64,000 bases of DNA from Lama glama (GCA_028534125.1 CM052817.1:14944001-15008000); one strand, 5' to 3'. Shown: positions 12,301 through 26,486, counted from the first letter of the stretch. Translations and numbers: made by a program. Notes: a model not told the origin generated them from the letters alone.

Positions 12301-14214
12301 AATGATAACGAATGCAGTGATTTCTTTGTTACCCAGCATCTATTAACCAGGATTTTAGAAAAACTGTGACTTCCTGCACAGTCATCAAGCACTGATAATT
12401 TATGCTTCTCCTGATGACCCTGAAACGCATTCTGAATAATTAGAGAAAGATTAAATTATAATCAGTTTAGTTTCAGTGTTAAGTGTATTTTAATTTATTC
12501 TCATTCTTTAAAAATTTGTAATCCTTCTGCATGTGGTAACAATTAACAAAAAATATTTGATTAGCTGGAGCACTCCATTTCCTGACTATCTGACTAATAG
12601 AGAGTCTATTGCATATTGTTGGAATCCAAGCTTTGCCCTGTGGATCAACTGGGCATTGACTTTGTGTGTTCACTTCACACTGGTATTATATTCACTCTTG
12701 GAGCCAATGTGTTGACTTTATTGGCTGATGGAAATTCTGGAATTAATCTTTAAATATTCTTAAACAATAGCCTGAGTCTATACAAGGCCCTCTGCATATT
12801 TTTGATCACAAGGTTGTAATGCTGGTCATCCAATCTGATTTTGTGCAGATGAGTAACTAAATCTTCTAACCCTGAGGGTTGTCTCTTCTTTTCTTGTGGA
12901 TTTCTAGAGATGGACATCTCGACTGGCATCAGTAATCCATCTATCTTGGTGTTTCATCAACCTTTACTCTTATCCAATCATGTTTTCGATTTCTCTTCAC
13001 TGGGCTTTTTAGGCTGTATAACCTTCCTAATGGAACTTCACTGTGCGTTTAATCATTTCTGTGATTCTTCTTTGAATTTTCCACATTTTTTTCCATTTGT
13101 CTCTTCCTTCACATAACATCATAGGCTGCTTTAAAAGATGGCTTAACTGCTGACTTGTGTTAGAAATAAAGACTTTAAAAATTTATCCGTATTGTTGTTT
13201 CTTTGTGGTCTCAGTTAGTAAGGTAGGATCCTATTCAGGCAAGCAGATGATTTTAGTGGTTTAATTGAGCACCATCAGACACAGTAGTCATCTGTCCTCC
13301 TCTGTCTGGCCTCATTCTGCCTCCCCTTAAATCTCTGCCTCACCCTGAAATCTCCCCTTCCAACCCACAGTCTTCTCTTCCATAATATCTTCACATCCCA
13401 GTTGGCATCCCCAGTACTTAGTGAGTGCAATGGTGGCTGCAGAAGGAGGCTGACGGTTTCCTTTAAAGAGGGAGCAAGGACAGGGCAGCTGGTGAACAGT
13501 TAATTTTGCTTTTCAGGGATCAGGCAACTCTTTGTCCTGGTATGAAGCCAGGATTGGGTAGGGTGCTCTTGTCAAAATGTGGGGCCTTTCTTGGTGATGT
13601 CTGGGTGCATGCTCCTGGCCAGAAAGCAGCAGCTAGCACTCTACTCTAACCCTGTGATGTCTCTGAAACTAAACTCACTAGGTAGCCGTAGTTCGGTTGA
13701 TAAAGTAATTGTCTATTACTACTACTGTGTGTCATTTCACCCCAAAGTGATTTTTCTCATTATACAGACATTTATTAGAAGCCAGCCACTCAATGGTAAT
13801 GTTATCACTGTTTCTTTAGCTATAGCAAACCCATGTCTGTTTGACTATTGCAAACATGTTTCATGTTTGACAGACGACACTTACATGATAGGGCTATGTT
13901 GAATATTCTGGGAAACATGATTTTGAACTTTGATGTATTACAACGGTCAATTGCAGTGTTTTATTGAGTAGGCGTCTTTAAGAAAGTGTGACATTTTCCT
14001 AAGTATAGCAGCAGATCTCCTTGGCAGAACAAATGAATTTATGTTAACGTAAAATGTTATAACTTAACAATGTTCACAAAAATGAAGTTAAAATATCTTC
14101 ACTAGCTTTCTGTACCAATACATTATTAGTCACAGAAATGTCATATTGAATATTTGTATTGGTCAGTAGTTGAAGGAAGCTTATATGACATTTCTTATTC
14201 TTTACCTTAAAATC

Positions 14215-14320
14215 TTGCTGTTGAGGCATAATTGACATGTAATGTTATGTTAGTTTCAGGGGTACAATATAATGATTCAGTATTTGTATATATTGTGAAA
14301 TGATCCCCCAAATAAGTCCA
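14215..14320 (-). mobile_element. Short L1 3' end
   Basis: ttgaggcataattgacatgtaatgttatgttagtttcaggggtacaatataatgattcag. Confidence 0.75.
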
Positions 14321-14770
14321 AGTTATTTTTTTTAGCTTTTGACATTCCTGATCCTGGATTCTCTTATAAATATGGATAACTGCATTCAAGCCAAGTCATT
14401 TATTGCTTTCCTTTTATTTAAGGGAGATTCACTTCTTTAAAAAAAATCATCTTTGTTTTGCATTTCTATCTTTAAAAATATTTTTTTGAATAACACAAAC
14501 ACTTAAATCTCTGTCATTCAGAATAATGATAGGGAGGATAGTTAAATGCCAGTGTAACTTGTGGAGAGGTATTCATTTTAGTCAGTTTTTGAAGATGGTC
14601 CATTTTATTACATTCAGGTTCTTGATGAAAAGAAATATCAGTTAGTAAGCCAGAAATAGGAGGGTAGGGAGAATGCAAATGCCCTGACCTTGGATGTTGA
14701 CAGAAAGCTTGAAAACTGGTGCATAGCTCTCTGGCATCTGGGTCCAAAGAGCTGCACCATTCGTTACATC

Positions 14771-14973
14771 AGTACCGCTCAGAGTGTGCACTGTGGAGCC
14801 CTGGGTTCTGCGGATATATCTTTGGGGACTGTTATATTGCATAGAGAGAAGGTGAGAAATCAGGACTCCGGGGCACCTCAGCTTTCATTGGTTGTTTGTA
14901 TTAGGAATCCATAAAAATTTTCATTTGAAAGGAAGACTCTGTTGCTAAAAAAAGAAAAATTGGGAAGCCACTG
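14771..14973. mobile_element. Degraded hAT-Charlie MER-like element
   Basis: gagccctgggttctgcgga...aaaattgggaagccactg ends in a Charlie-type ccactg terminus. Confidence 0.45.
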
Positions 14974-15049
14974 AACAATAGAGATCTCATTATCAGAGGG
15001 GAAAAGACATAGTAGCTCCTTTGGGGAAATGGAGCTTCACTTCCTTTCT

Positions 15050-15600
15050 CTTTCACTTAAAAAAATGTTTTTCAAACATACAAAAAAAATGTAGGTACTC
15101 ACATAACTGTGACCCAGATTTAACAAATGTTAATATTTTGCCACATATATTTTACATTAAAAAGAAATAAAATACTATTGACCCAGGTGGAACCCCTTTG
15201 TGCCCTTCCCAAATCTCCTTTCTTCCTTCCCTCACCTGGGATGACCCTGATCCTAAAAATGATGTGTGTCAACTTGTGCACTAGCTGTGCATTTTGCTAC
15301 AAAGTACAGGGACCCATAACCTATTTGTACATTGTTTTGTGTATCTTACTATTTATATCAATGGTATCGCACTCTGCATAGCTGTTTTCAACATTACATT
15401 CTTCAAGATTTATCCATGTTGATACTTCTAGTTTTAATTCATTTTTTAATGGATCTGTGGTATGCTGATATGTGACCAGACCACATTTATTTATCCATTC
15501 TCTTGCTGATAGACCTTTGGGGTCCAAATGACGGACTTTTTTTTTTTTTTTTGCACTTTTACAAACAGCACTGCACTGAATATCCTTGAGTAGCTCAGAT
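15050..15600 (-). mobile_element. Old L1 (L1ME-like) 3' fragment
   Basis: tgttaatattttgccaca...agatttatccatgttgatac...ccacatttatttatccattctc. Confidence 0.7.
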
Positions 15601-16589
15601 GTTGGAAAGGCATTTCCTACATTGGAGTTTATAAAACAGCCACATAGTCCATCCAGTGTCTTTGTACCATTAACAGTGAGACTCCCTTTCCTCAGAACAC
15701 TACGTTTTCTGTAAAATGGTCCCAAAGTCTAAACAAATCTACAATGGCTTTATGTCAGGGGTGTTCCATAGAGCCATGCAAAGCATGATCTGTGTAATCA
15801 TAAGTAGCAGTCCTGTATGTAGGGGGTGATGTAAGTGTGAAAACCTGTAGGCTAAATAGACTTTGGGTGAATAAGTGTGTTTAACAGCTTGGCAACTGTA
15901 ATCCGAATAGAAGATTTGTGCTCAGTATTTACTGGATGCTTTTCTAGCTAAGAGTAGAGGCAGGGGGAAATTGTACCTTCTTTGGAGATAATACGTTGCA
16001 AACAGAGAACACAGAAAGATGTATAAGGCTTTTGCTTTCTCCAGGTCATGGAAGTTTGGTGGCAGGACCAAGTGATAACCATGTGGAGGCATTATCCGTA
16101 TTGCCCCCTTTCCAGAATACTGCCCTCAAGCCCCTTCTGTGTAGACACATGGATAGTGCAGCCTCTCCCAGGCTTCATCTGCTAACTCAACAGTGTGCTA
16201 CCAAGGAAAGCTAGTTGAGCAGGGAAGGCATATCCACCCTTGCTCTGGGAAAGGAAGTTTGAATTGTATTGGGCTGAGAACCAAGCTGTGAACCTCTCAC
16301 TGGGGCTGGTGCTACAATTGTCAATACATTGAAATGTGTTCATCTAAAGTTCCTTTGGTCCTCAGTAGGTGGCTTTGCCTGGAAAGGAAAACAGTCCCAC
16401 AGCAGGCAGTGCAATGTGTCCTCTATTATTGATGGGAGCTTAGTAGGGGAGGAATTCTGCCCTGCTTTGCAAATCCTGAAAGCGGATTACTTGTTTTGCA
16501 AAGCCCTTGTAATCAGATATTGCTACAAGACAGTGGAGAAGGAAACTCCTAGTTATCTGAAGTTTCTTTCTTCTTGACCCTGCCCAAGG

Positions 16590-16680
16590 CATCATTATTT
16601 AACCAATGCTTTGGGTAACGAGTTGAGGGAATGCGTTTCAAATTTGCAGATGACGAAAAGCTCGTTTGGAGAGAGCAAAA
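16590..16680 (+). mobile_element. L3/CR1 LINE fragment, reverse transcriptase core
   Basis: 16625-16663 translates EGMRFKFADDEKL, matching the CR1 RT motif KFADDTKL. Confidence 0.7.
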
Positions 16681-17469
16681 ACGTACTTTCTGCTACTTTG
16701 ATGATGGTTTGCGCATTTTCATCAAATAGGTCTTAGCTTAAATTTCACCTTCGCACAGAGACTTTCCCTGTGGTTCTGACTAATATGTGGCCTCCATTTC
16801 CAATCAATTTTTACTTTTTTTTTTTTAATCTGAAGTTGTATTTCTTGGTTGGTTGCTGATTTTCTTGACACATCTTCATATGCTATAAGCTTGAGGAGAG
16901 AAGGGACCATGTTTCTCTGCTCATATTTGGTGCCTCAGGATATAGAATAGCTCCTGGAACATGATAGGAACTTAATACATTTTTGTTGATTGGAAGAAAA
17001 TTGTGGCAGCCATCAAAAATATTAGGCAATAAAGTGACATGATCAGATGTCTGGTTTAGAAATGAAACTTGGAATGAGTCAAACTAGAAGCTTGATAGAA
17101 ACTGTTGAGTATACTCTACGAAAGCAAACACATATGTTTTAGTCATTTACAGTTTTGCTTTACTTGCATTCGCAGTGTCACATCTCATGATTATAAGACG
17201 GAAGAGCATCACTCTCAGTTTATATCTGGAATGTTATCTCTTGTCCGTGACACTGTTAAGCATTAATGTTAATATTAACAATCTAAACCATACCCAGAAG
17301 AGAAAGTCCAGGATAACCTCATATAGGGAGAGCTCTTTAACAATTTTATTAAAATTTAACAAATTTAACAATTTATTCAAATTGTTAAAGAGATATCATG
17401 TAAAAGACTACAAAGACTCATTTTGTGTTGTTGGAGAGGGCAGAGCTCAGGCCAGTGGGGAACCAGGCC

Positions 17470-17640
17470 ATGAAAGTAAGTTTCAGTTCAACATCAGACA
17501 GAGTTTTCTAACAATTAGTGGGGCTGAGTAAGGGAATGGATGTCCTCAGGAGATCATTAGATATCTGTCAATAGATGACGTGGAAGCAGATGCCAGATGC
17601 CCATCTGTCAAAGACGCCGTTGAGAGGATGTCTGCCCCAT
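17470..17640 (+). mobile_element. L3/CR1 LINE 3' region
   Basis: aagtttcagttcaacatcagacagagttttctaacaattag...ggaatggatgtcctcaggag resembles the L3 3' end. Confidence 0.7.
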
Positions 17641-17986
17641 ATGGGACGGTCATTCCACAAGTGTGTGCAATCACCTAATATTTATTGAGTACCTATAGTG
17701 TGCCTGCTTCCGTGGGGGATACAGAAATATATAAGGCACAGCTGCTGTCTGGACATGATCACCTTCCAGTCCTGAACTCTGTGACTCTCAGGGAGTTTTA
17801 GCCAAAACCTTAATATGATTCTCACAAATTCCACATTAGAGCAGTAGGAAGTTATGAGGTCTGAAAACACCGCCAACCCACCAGTAATACTTACCCTTAC
17901 GCCTAGCCAGGAAGAACATGGCTCGGAATACCACTTCACAGCCGAGTACTACTTTTGTTCCTCAGTTTAAGCTCTGGCTTTGCTTT

Positions 17987-18163
17987 TTTCTTTTTTAATT
18001 GAAGTGCATTTGACACATAACATTGTGCAAATTTAATGCGTAATACATGTTGATTTGATGCATTTATATATTGTAATACAATTGCTATTGTAGTGATAAT
18101 TAGCTCCCCTATCACCTCACATAACAATTTCTTTTTAGTTTTTGGAACAATTAAAATCTAGTA
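17987..18163 (-). mobile_element. Short L1MA-like 3' end with perfect 10-bp TSD
   Basis: TSD gctttgcttt at 17977-17986 and 18164-18173; an antisense L1 3' UTR lies between them. Confidence 0.85.
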
Positions 18164-19252
18164 GCTTTGCTTTCGTGACATGAAATATTATAGCATATAA
18201 AAAGTTGGTTTCTTTTCTTTGGTTCACTTCTCTTCTGGTCTTTAAAGTTAATATGAATTCCGAGCTCAGGATGATGTGTGTTGGTTTTCTTTAATCAAAC
18301 TCTGTCGAGATAAATATTTTTGCATTAGAATTGGATCTCAGTGATTCTCATTGATGATAAAAACATGAATTATAAAGTAGAGACTTTCTGGAATTAAAAG
18401 TAAGCACACTTAATTCTTTAAAGTCAAGTCTGCCCTAATCAATCACAACGTGTTTGACTTGGAAACCTCCTTCAGTGCACTAGAGACGTTAATAAATAAA
18501 TGGATGAAACAGTTTTGGTGGTTATATTTGTATGTCACATTATAAAACTAAAATTTTGATCTCTGGGTTATACCAAAGATATGACCTTGGCTGTTGCCTG
18601 GATCTGGCCTTTCTGCCTTCACACACTTCAGAAAGGAGTGTAAAGGGTCTCATTAGTGTGTTTCCTGCAGTCACTGATCCACATGCTCTCACAGTGACCT
18701 GAGAGATTAATATGCTTCCTTAGGCAACTTACCATGACAGTGGGAGCCACTCTGACCCTGAGTTGATTGTAGCCCCAGTATTTAATGTGTGCTTTCATAA
18801 TTGCATTAGCAAATATGCAAGATACTTGGGCAGTCTATAAAAATATTCCTTTGTCATATAGTCTGGGGACTTAGTTATTTCCTCTATTGGCCAAAGTCCC
18901 TCTGTCTGTCTCCTTTCCATTTGTTGATCTTGAAATTAATCCAATGTAAAACTATGTTCTCCAAATGTAGTTCAGATGAATGTGTTCTGAAAAAGGGATA
19001 CAGTACTGAAGGAGTGTGTGATGGAGACAGCTTTCCTAAACCTTTGCTTCAGAGTCGCTAAGAATGATCAGTCAGCAGGGCCTGAAGTTTCCACTTAGGA
19101 TGACATGCAAGTGTTTTAAGAGGATCTTAGCTGGAAAAGCAAAAAATTGAGAAAATTAAAAATATTAAAATGGAAGTTTGCATATTCTAATCTTACTCTT
19201 TTTAAAGTACTGTATTTTTTTTTTTGCTCTAATATAGAGCAAAAATTTTGAA

Positions 19253-20170
19253 GCATTCCTTCTTAATCTCAGCTGCACATTGGAATAGCCTGGGGAGACT
19301 GAGAAAAAAATACTGATTTCTACCTGGGTTCTCTCTCCCAGTGATTACAATTTATTTTTTCTAGTTTTTTTAAAGATATAATTGACATATAACATTGTGT
19401 AATTTTAAGGTGTACAAAATGATGTTTAGATACATACATATATTGTGAAATGATTACAGTAGGATTAGTTAGCACTTCCATCACCTTTTTTGTGTGTTTG
19501 TGGTGAGAACATTTAAGATCTCCTGTCTTAGCAACTTTCAAGTACACAATGCAGTGTTGTTAATTGTAGTCACTCTGCTGTATATTGAGTTTCCAGAACG
19601 TATTCATCTTATAACTGGAAGTTTGTGTCCTCTGACCAACATCTTCCCATTTCCCCCACCCCCAGCCCCTGGCAACTACCATTCTATTTTCTGTTTCTGT
19701 GAATTCAGCTTTTTTGAGTCTGCATGTAAGTGAGATCTTAATATTTGTCTTTCTCTATCTGACTTACTTCACTTAGCATAATACCCTCAAGGTCTATCCA
19801 TGTTGTTGCAAATGGCAGGATTTTCTACTGTCTTGTGGCTGAAAAATATTACAAGATATATTGTATGTATATATAAAAATAGTGTATAATATACTCTCTG
19901 TATACATTGCCCATATATACACACATATGCATATATGTCTTATATATGAGATCTGTATCTATATTTATTTCACATCTTCTTTATTCATTCATTTGTAGAC
20001 AGACACTTAGGTTGTTTCCATATCTAAGCTCTTGTGAGTAATGCAGCAATAAACATTGGAGTACAGAAACAGAGATTCTAATTTAAATGTAGGGGCTGTG
20101 GCCTGGGCATTAGGGGTTTTACAAGTTCCCCAGGAGAGTCGAATGTGCAGATAATGCTGAGAATCACTGA
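19253..20170. mobile_element. MER5A-like hAT-Charlie MITE split by an L1 insertion
   Basis: Left half gctgcacattggaatagcctggggag...; right half agagattctaattta...gaatgtgcag...gagaatcactg. Confidence 0.75.
19355..20069 (-). mobile_element. L1MA-like 3' fragment nested in the MER5A-like element
   Basis: Antisense L1 3' UTR and ORF2 end; TSD cagtgattacaattta (19339-19354) / cagagattctaattta (20070-20085). Confidence 0.85.
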
Positions 20171-20739
20171 CTTAAGGGCTTTGATCTCCTAATATTAAAA
20201 AGACCTCTAAAAACTTCCATGTTATTATTTGTGGTGCATCGTTTGTGTAGAACATCGACTCTCTGTGGATCTGAGAATTGAAAGAGACCTAGTTTCTAAG
20301 AGACACTTCAGACCAATGTTCTCATTTATGCTGAATTGTTGTGAGATGGTATAATCTTTTCGAAAAATGCTTCAGGAAGAGTTTTATGCAGGTTTCATGT
20401 TTTCATAGCACTTCTGAAATGTACTGTTTGAGGTGCATTTTGTTTGCCCTTGGGTGTGAGTAGCAACTTGTATGCATCTAAAACTTCTCTTCCTCTTCCT
20501 CCCCCTCCTCCCCCTCCTCTTCTTTTTTGAACTAAGAGATTGATCCATTTTCTTCTGGATGTTACCGTTGTGGAAGTGATGTTTGTAAACTGATTTGTGT
20601 TCCTTTGTGGGTGATTCAGCATCCACATGATGCTTATGAGAGTAGCCCTTTATTCTTTGAGATATGAAACCCAGGATTCCTGTCTCCTCATTAACGTAAC
20701 CTTCCAATAAGCTGCTTGCAACTATAGTTTCAGGTTTTC

Positions 20740-21950
20740 CTTAAGCTCATAAAAATTTTATGGTATTGTATCTTTAATAATTAGGTCCGTCTCATCTGTA
20801 GCATGGCCTCTAACTGATATTCTCATGTTTACAGACTATCAGCGTTTCTGAATCTGTTCTCCATGTCTTTTATTTTTTCTCTTAGAGTTAAATTTTCTTG
20901 CCCTTCTGTGAGATTTGGGGAGATTTCCAGTTGTGTCTTCCACCTTACTAATTTGATTTTTAGCAGTGCCTGGTTATCTGATGTCCCATGGCGATTTTTG
21001 GTTCAGCAACTTATTTTCTCCATGTGTTCTTTTCTGATCTCATGACTACTTACTTTAGTTTCACAGATACAATAAATCCTCATATGTTTTTCAGACAAAA
21101 GGACAGACGTTGTTTAAACATGCATACTTTTCTTGCACTAAGTCTCTTTTAGAGTGAAGTGTTTTCTATAGTTTTCAGGAGTAGTTCTATTCTTATGAGA
21201 GGCAATACCTTTTCAAGGGTCTAATTGTTTTCCTCCTTGTTTAGGTGGAATCCAGCCTTTGGTCTTCCTGCTGGCAGTGTCCATCTTGCAGAGGGGGACC
21301 CCATACTGACTTCCTCCCCACACTAACCTGCCCTCTGCTCTTCCTTCAGACTAGAGCCATCTGCCCTCTCTCCAGCAGACAAACCAGAAACCATACATTT
21401 TTGGGCAAATGGAGCAAATCTTTTATGGTTTCCAGAATTAATGCAGGTTTTACCTATTGTATATTTTGAAATGTTTATGGAACATGGAAATTGGGAGAGT
21501 TGGGTGCTTGTGCACACATCGACAGGTTACATAAAATCATGACAAATCACTGGAAAATAAGTTTTTGATCCAGCTTCTGTTTATGTCCTTAGAATATAGT
21601 TCTAGATGGAAAATTACGGAGTCAAAAAGTATGCACTTCAGAAAGTGTTTAAATATATATTTTCAAATAGATTTCTGGAAATTAATTTTTTTCTTAATAC
21701 TTATTAGGATACCCACTTTGCCACATCTTCGCCAATAGTAAGTATTACCTTTAAAACGCGCACATACACACAGCACACAGTTTGCTAATTTGAAATGATG
21801 TTTACATTTGCATGTGGGTTTCTGTTGTTTTCATTTACATGTATTTAATTTTAGAGAAGATCATGTTTTACTTACTTATTAGTTGTCTGAATTTCTTCTG
21901 TGAAGTAACCTAAGTCCTCTGAACATTCTATTGCAGTTTTCATGTTTAGC
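20740..21950 (-). mobile_element. Highly degraded old L1 fragments
   Basis: tagatggaaaattacggagtcaaaaagtatgcac...tttgccacatcttcgccaa...tttgctaatttg resembles antisense L1ME ORF2. Confidence 0.5.
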
Positions 21951-23309
21951 ATGTGTTTTAAGAAAGCAATAGCCATTATAGTAGCTGAATATCATTTCAA
22001 CGGGCAGTCCTCAGTATATAGAGATAAGGATGATTTTAAAATATGGGGCAAATTCTTCAGTTTTATTTATATTTTTTAACATTGAGTCCATTCATTGTAT
22101 TCTTAGGTGCAGTTTTACACATTTTTTTTAAAGCTTAAAGTGAGATTTTTAAGATGTAATTATATTAATGGCATCACATGAAGGTGTCCAAAAGAGGATA
22201 AAGTGAAGGAGGGGAGGAGGAGAGCTGCTCCCTCTGGAAAATGACACTCTAGTTCCGTGAAGCAGTTTAAAAACCAGAGTTTAGAACTTTTCCTTTCCTA
22301 TTTATGCTAATCAAACTCTTGGGTATCATTTCATTGTAACTTTATTTACCTTCCATGTCAGCGAATCAAGTGACATACCGCCTAGCTGCCTACTGCTACA
22401 GAGCTGCCTACAGCATGGACGCCCTTCATAAACTTAGTGATGATGATGAAGGAAAACACGCAGCTTGTTACGTCCTCATTAAACCCAAAGTTGTTTTTAT
22501 GATTCCTTAAATCTAGGCCAGATTCCACTTTAATCTCACAGACACATCCCATGTCGAAGGCAGACACAGATGTATTGCATTATCCTTTTCTAGCTGAGTA
22601 TGATTTGTGCCTTCTCCGGGTGAAAGTATGTTCATATGAGTTTGCTGTTGTGATAAACTGAAGGTGTGATATTACAAACCAGGCTTTGCGACAACAAAGA
22701 CTATGAAAATTGAAGCTTCTGTTAACATGCAAGATACTTTTTTTTGGTTGTTATTGAAGTTTTTAGTCAACCATCAAGATGTCTTGGTATCAAAGATGTA
22801 AAAGTTCTGCAGTTTTCTGGAAAATGATAATTTTCCAAACCTCATTTTTATTTCCCTGTCTGATTTTATGACAAGACCTTTATTTCCTTGACGTACCTTG
22901 TCCTTTTCCTCATTTACCCTTCTGTGTTCTCTGCTATTCTTTCACCCTTAATGGTCTTTCTATTTCCAAATAGGCAAACTATAAGGCTTGAGACTCAATT
23001 CAGCCTGGCTTGGAATAGCTTTGTATAAATAAGAGAATTGTGTTATATGCTATTCAATCTTAAGGAATAAAAATGACTTTCACTTCAGTGAAAAGGAGCA
23101 TCACCATGTTTTAAAATTATAGGCTTTTAGAGCTGAGAGAAACCATGGAAATCGTCAAGTCCATCCTTCTTGTTTTGTGGATTAAAAGGGCTCGTGCAAT
23201 CGTTCTGTCATAGGGAAACTGCTCCCTGTCCTCGTGGGCCTGCTTCAGGTAGCTTCCCTGTCATATTTCCTCGGGTTAAGATGAGCCAGAGTTAGACTCA
23301 AGTACAGAA

Positions 23310-23520
23310 CTTCAGAGGATAAGTTTGAGGTCAGGCAGGTATGGGTTCAAGCCAGTTCTCCATCTTTCAGCTCTTAGGCCTTTGGCAAGTCATCTCATTC
23401 TGCTGAGCTTCAGTTTGCTCATCAACCACATGAGGTCATTATAAGGACTGAGTTATGTCATATTTGTAGAATGGTTAGTTCAGTGCCTGGTACAAAGTAA
23501 GTGTCGAAGAAAAGGAACTT
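23310..23520 (+). mobile_element. MIR SINE
   Basis: gcctttggcaagtcatctc...gagcttcagtttgctcatc...cagtgcctggtacaaagtaagtg. Confidence 0.75.
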
Positions 23521-23524
23521 GCTT

Positions 23525-24080
23525 TAATTGACATCTATTTTCTTGTCCATCTCCTTGTTTAGACTGTAGGTTCTCGGGGCCACTGTGTCTTGTTCATCTC
23601 CGCATGCCTGATATCTTGGCACAGCATCTCATTCATTGGTAACTCCCAGCTTCCGATGACTTCAGCTCAAAATCATGGAGTCATTTTTGCCTCTTCTCTC
23701 TCTCTCTCTCTCTCTTTTTTTTGGTGCCCTCTCAGCCAATAAATCTGCAGACACCTAGGTTTAAGCCATCATTGTCTTTCCCTGGACCAATTAATGGGCC
23801 AGGCTCTTAACTAGTTTTTCATTTCTCCGTCTTACAGAAGCCAGAGTTATCCTTTAAAAGGATAAGTCAGATCATATAATGTTCTGCTTAGAGCTCTTCA
23901 GTGGCTTTCCACATCACACAGAGTAACAGTGCAAATCCTTAACCAATTGACAGGGTCCTACACAGTCCCCTTCTTACTCAGACTCTTGGACCTCATATCC
24001 TGTTACTCTCTCTGCCTCACTCCCCTCCAGCCACATTTTCATTCTTGCTGTTTCTCAACACTCCAGACCCATGACTTTCC
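23525..24080 (+). mobile_element. L2 LINE fragments
   Basis: cagaagccagagttatcctttaaaaggataagtcagatcat...ctccagccaca. Confidence 0.7.
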
Positions 24081-25805
24081 AGAGTTAGGATCAGAGTCAT
24101 ATTTATAAAGCAAGATGGTTGCTAATCCATCCACATATAGTTTGTGCATTACCATTACCAGTTATCTCCTACAACCATCATGTATTTTTTAAATGAGTAT
24201 TTTATACTTGGGCTACTTGCTTTCATATAGGAATAGACGGGGCTTAAAACAACATTAACATACACAGTTAGATTACTAACAAAAGTGCAAAACTTAAGAA
24301 AAATAACCGTTTAGGAATCTAAGCTGGCCTGGGAAGCCAGTCAATATAATCACAAGGAAGATGACAGAGGGCTTGTGCTGAATTCACAGGAGTTTCGCCC
24401 TGACCAGTTCTTTTCTGCTCTAGATTTCATGATCTCTAGCCAACATGTGTTTCAATCCTATTTTATTGTCTGCATTTTCTCTCTCCAGTCTGATACACTA
24501 TGTGTCCTAATTCCCTGGTTTTTTTTTTTCATTTTGCTAAATTTTTATTTAGTTAGCTCATCCTGCAACATAGGCAACCCATCACTAGACTGTCCACTTT
24601 TCATGACCACTACATAGTTTCTCCTCGGGCAGCCCTGCCTGAATGTGGCTTGAGCCCAGCATAGCTGGCTTAGAGTGAAATGCATGAATCTACCAAAACA
24701 CTAGCCTAGCACAGTTCCTGCGATCGAGCACTGTGTTTACTGCTCAGTCACCCAACAGCCAGGACAGAAAAGAAAATACTGTGAGCAGCATTATTTTCTT
24801 TACTCAGTAGAAGGATGCATGCTAGTTCTTCCAGATAAATAACACTTGACAGCCTGTGAGTTTATCAGTACCTTACTGTGTGGTATGTAAGAATTAGAAC
24901 ACACTTGAAGCTGACAGCTTATTGAGATTAATATTTCACTTGATCTGCATTGACATTTTACATGAAATCTTAGGATCATGATAGTAAGGAAATGGAGGAC
25001 GTAAGGGAATTATAATTTGGTTACAAACTAGTTAGAGCATTTCACCTTTGAAACGCAATAAAATTTCTACACTGAGGGCATAGACTGGAATTGGCTATAC
25101 TTTCAAATTTAATTCACTTAAAAATAACTATAAATGCAAAAGATGTAGAAACATGGCTTTTTGTGGATACGGTGGTAACTTTGATGGTCTCTGATCTTTG
25201 TGCTGCCATGGAAAGAATCTGAGACTTAAACCAAGAATCCTGGGTTCTGTTTTTGCCAAAATGTGTGACCATAAACAAGTCATTTGACTTCTTTGAGATT
25301 TGTCATTACTTGTGAAATGAGGACTCACCTATGGCTCTTAAATTCTGTATTGTGTTTCGCCTTTTGGCTACTTTGAATAAGCTGGCCACAAAATTTCAGC
25401 CTACAAAACTCTCTCTTATATTTCTAATTAAAGTGGAGGCGAGTCCTTTGCCATGAAGTTGACTTTGTAGTTTGAAGGGTATGAACAAAAGGAATAAGAT
25501 CTAGGGAGCCCAGCCAGACAGTTGAGCAAGGCCCTTTAGAGAACAGAATAGCCATGCTCTTCAGCTTTGCTTGTTCAGAAACTTAAGTGTTGTCAGCATT
25601 TCCAGAGTGTATCAGTTTCTCATGGAATAGACTCACATGTAACAACTTGTAAGACATGGATATATAAACCAAAATGTCAATTTATTAGTTTATTACTTGA
25701 AATATAAGTGTTAGGGACATGCAATATTTGTGTCAATTAGTCAACACATTCACTTTCTAGAAGAAAGCTATAAGTGAAACATAGGAAAAGTTTAAAAGTG
25801 GCTAA

Positions 25806-26486
25806 GCCATTATGGAGGACAGTATGGAGATTCCTTAAAAAACTGAAAATAGACTTACTGTATGATCCAGCAATCCCACACCAGCAATCCAGAGAACTCT
25901 CTGATTTTAAAAGATTCATGCACCCCAGTGTTCATAGCAGCACTATTTACAATAGCTAGGACATGGAAGCAATCTAAATGTCCATCAATGGATGACTGGA
26001 TAAAGAAGTTGTGGTATATTTATACAATGGATTACTACTTAGCCACAAAAAAGAGTGAAATAATGCCATTTGCAGCAATGTGGATGGACCTAGAGATCTA
26101 TCATACTAAGTGAAGTAAATCAGACAGAGAAAGACAAATATCACATGATATCACTTATATGTGGAATCTAAAGAAAAGAAACAAGTTAACTTATTTAAAA
26201 AACAGAAATAGAGTCACAGACATGGAACACAAATTTATGGTTACCAGAGAGGGAAGGTGGGGGATAAGTCAGGAGTTTGGGGATTATCGTATAGAAACTA
26301 CTATATATAAAATAGATAAACAACAAGGACCTACTGTATAGCACAAGGAACTACATTCAATATCTTGTAATAACCAAAAATGAAAAAGAATATGAAAAAA
26401 AATACATACAGATACATGTATAACTAAATCACTATGCTGTACACAAGAAGCAACACTTAAAATCAATTATATGTCAATTTTTTTTA
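25806..26486 (+). mobile_element. 5'-truncated L1 (ORF2 C-terminus and 3' UTR) with perfect 12-bp TSD
   Basis: TSD aaaagtggctaa at 25794-25805 and 26487-26498 at a TTT/AAAA endonuclease site. The ORF remnant reads ...CTPVFIAALFTIARTWKQSKCPSMDDWIKKLWYIYTMDYY. Confidence 0.95.

Noticed and set aside
17268..17279. GTTAATATTAAC palindrome as an HNF1 site
   Set aside because: It lacks the 1-bp spacer of the GTTAATnATTAAC consensus and is plausible by chance in AT-rich DNA.
25774..26341. ORFs with protein-like content (...FIAALFTIARTWKQ...)
   Set aside because: Frameshifted L1 ORF2 C-terminal remnants, not host genes; the same applies to the ORFs in 58835-59878.
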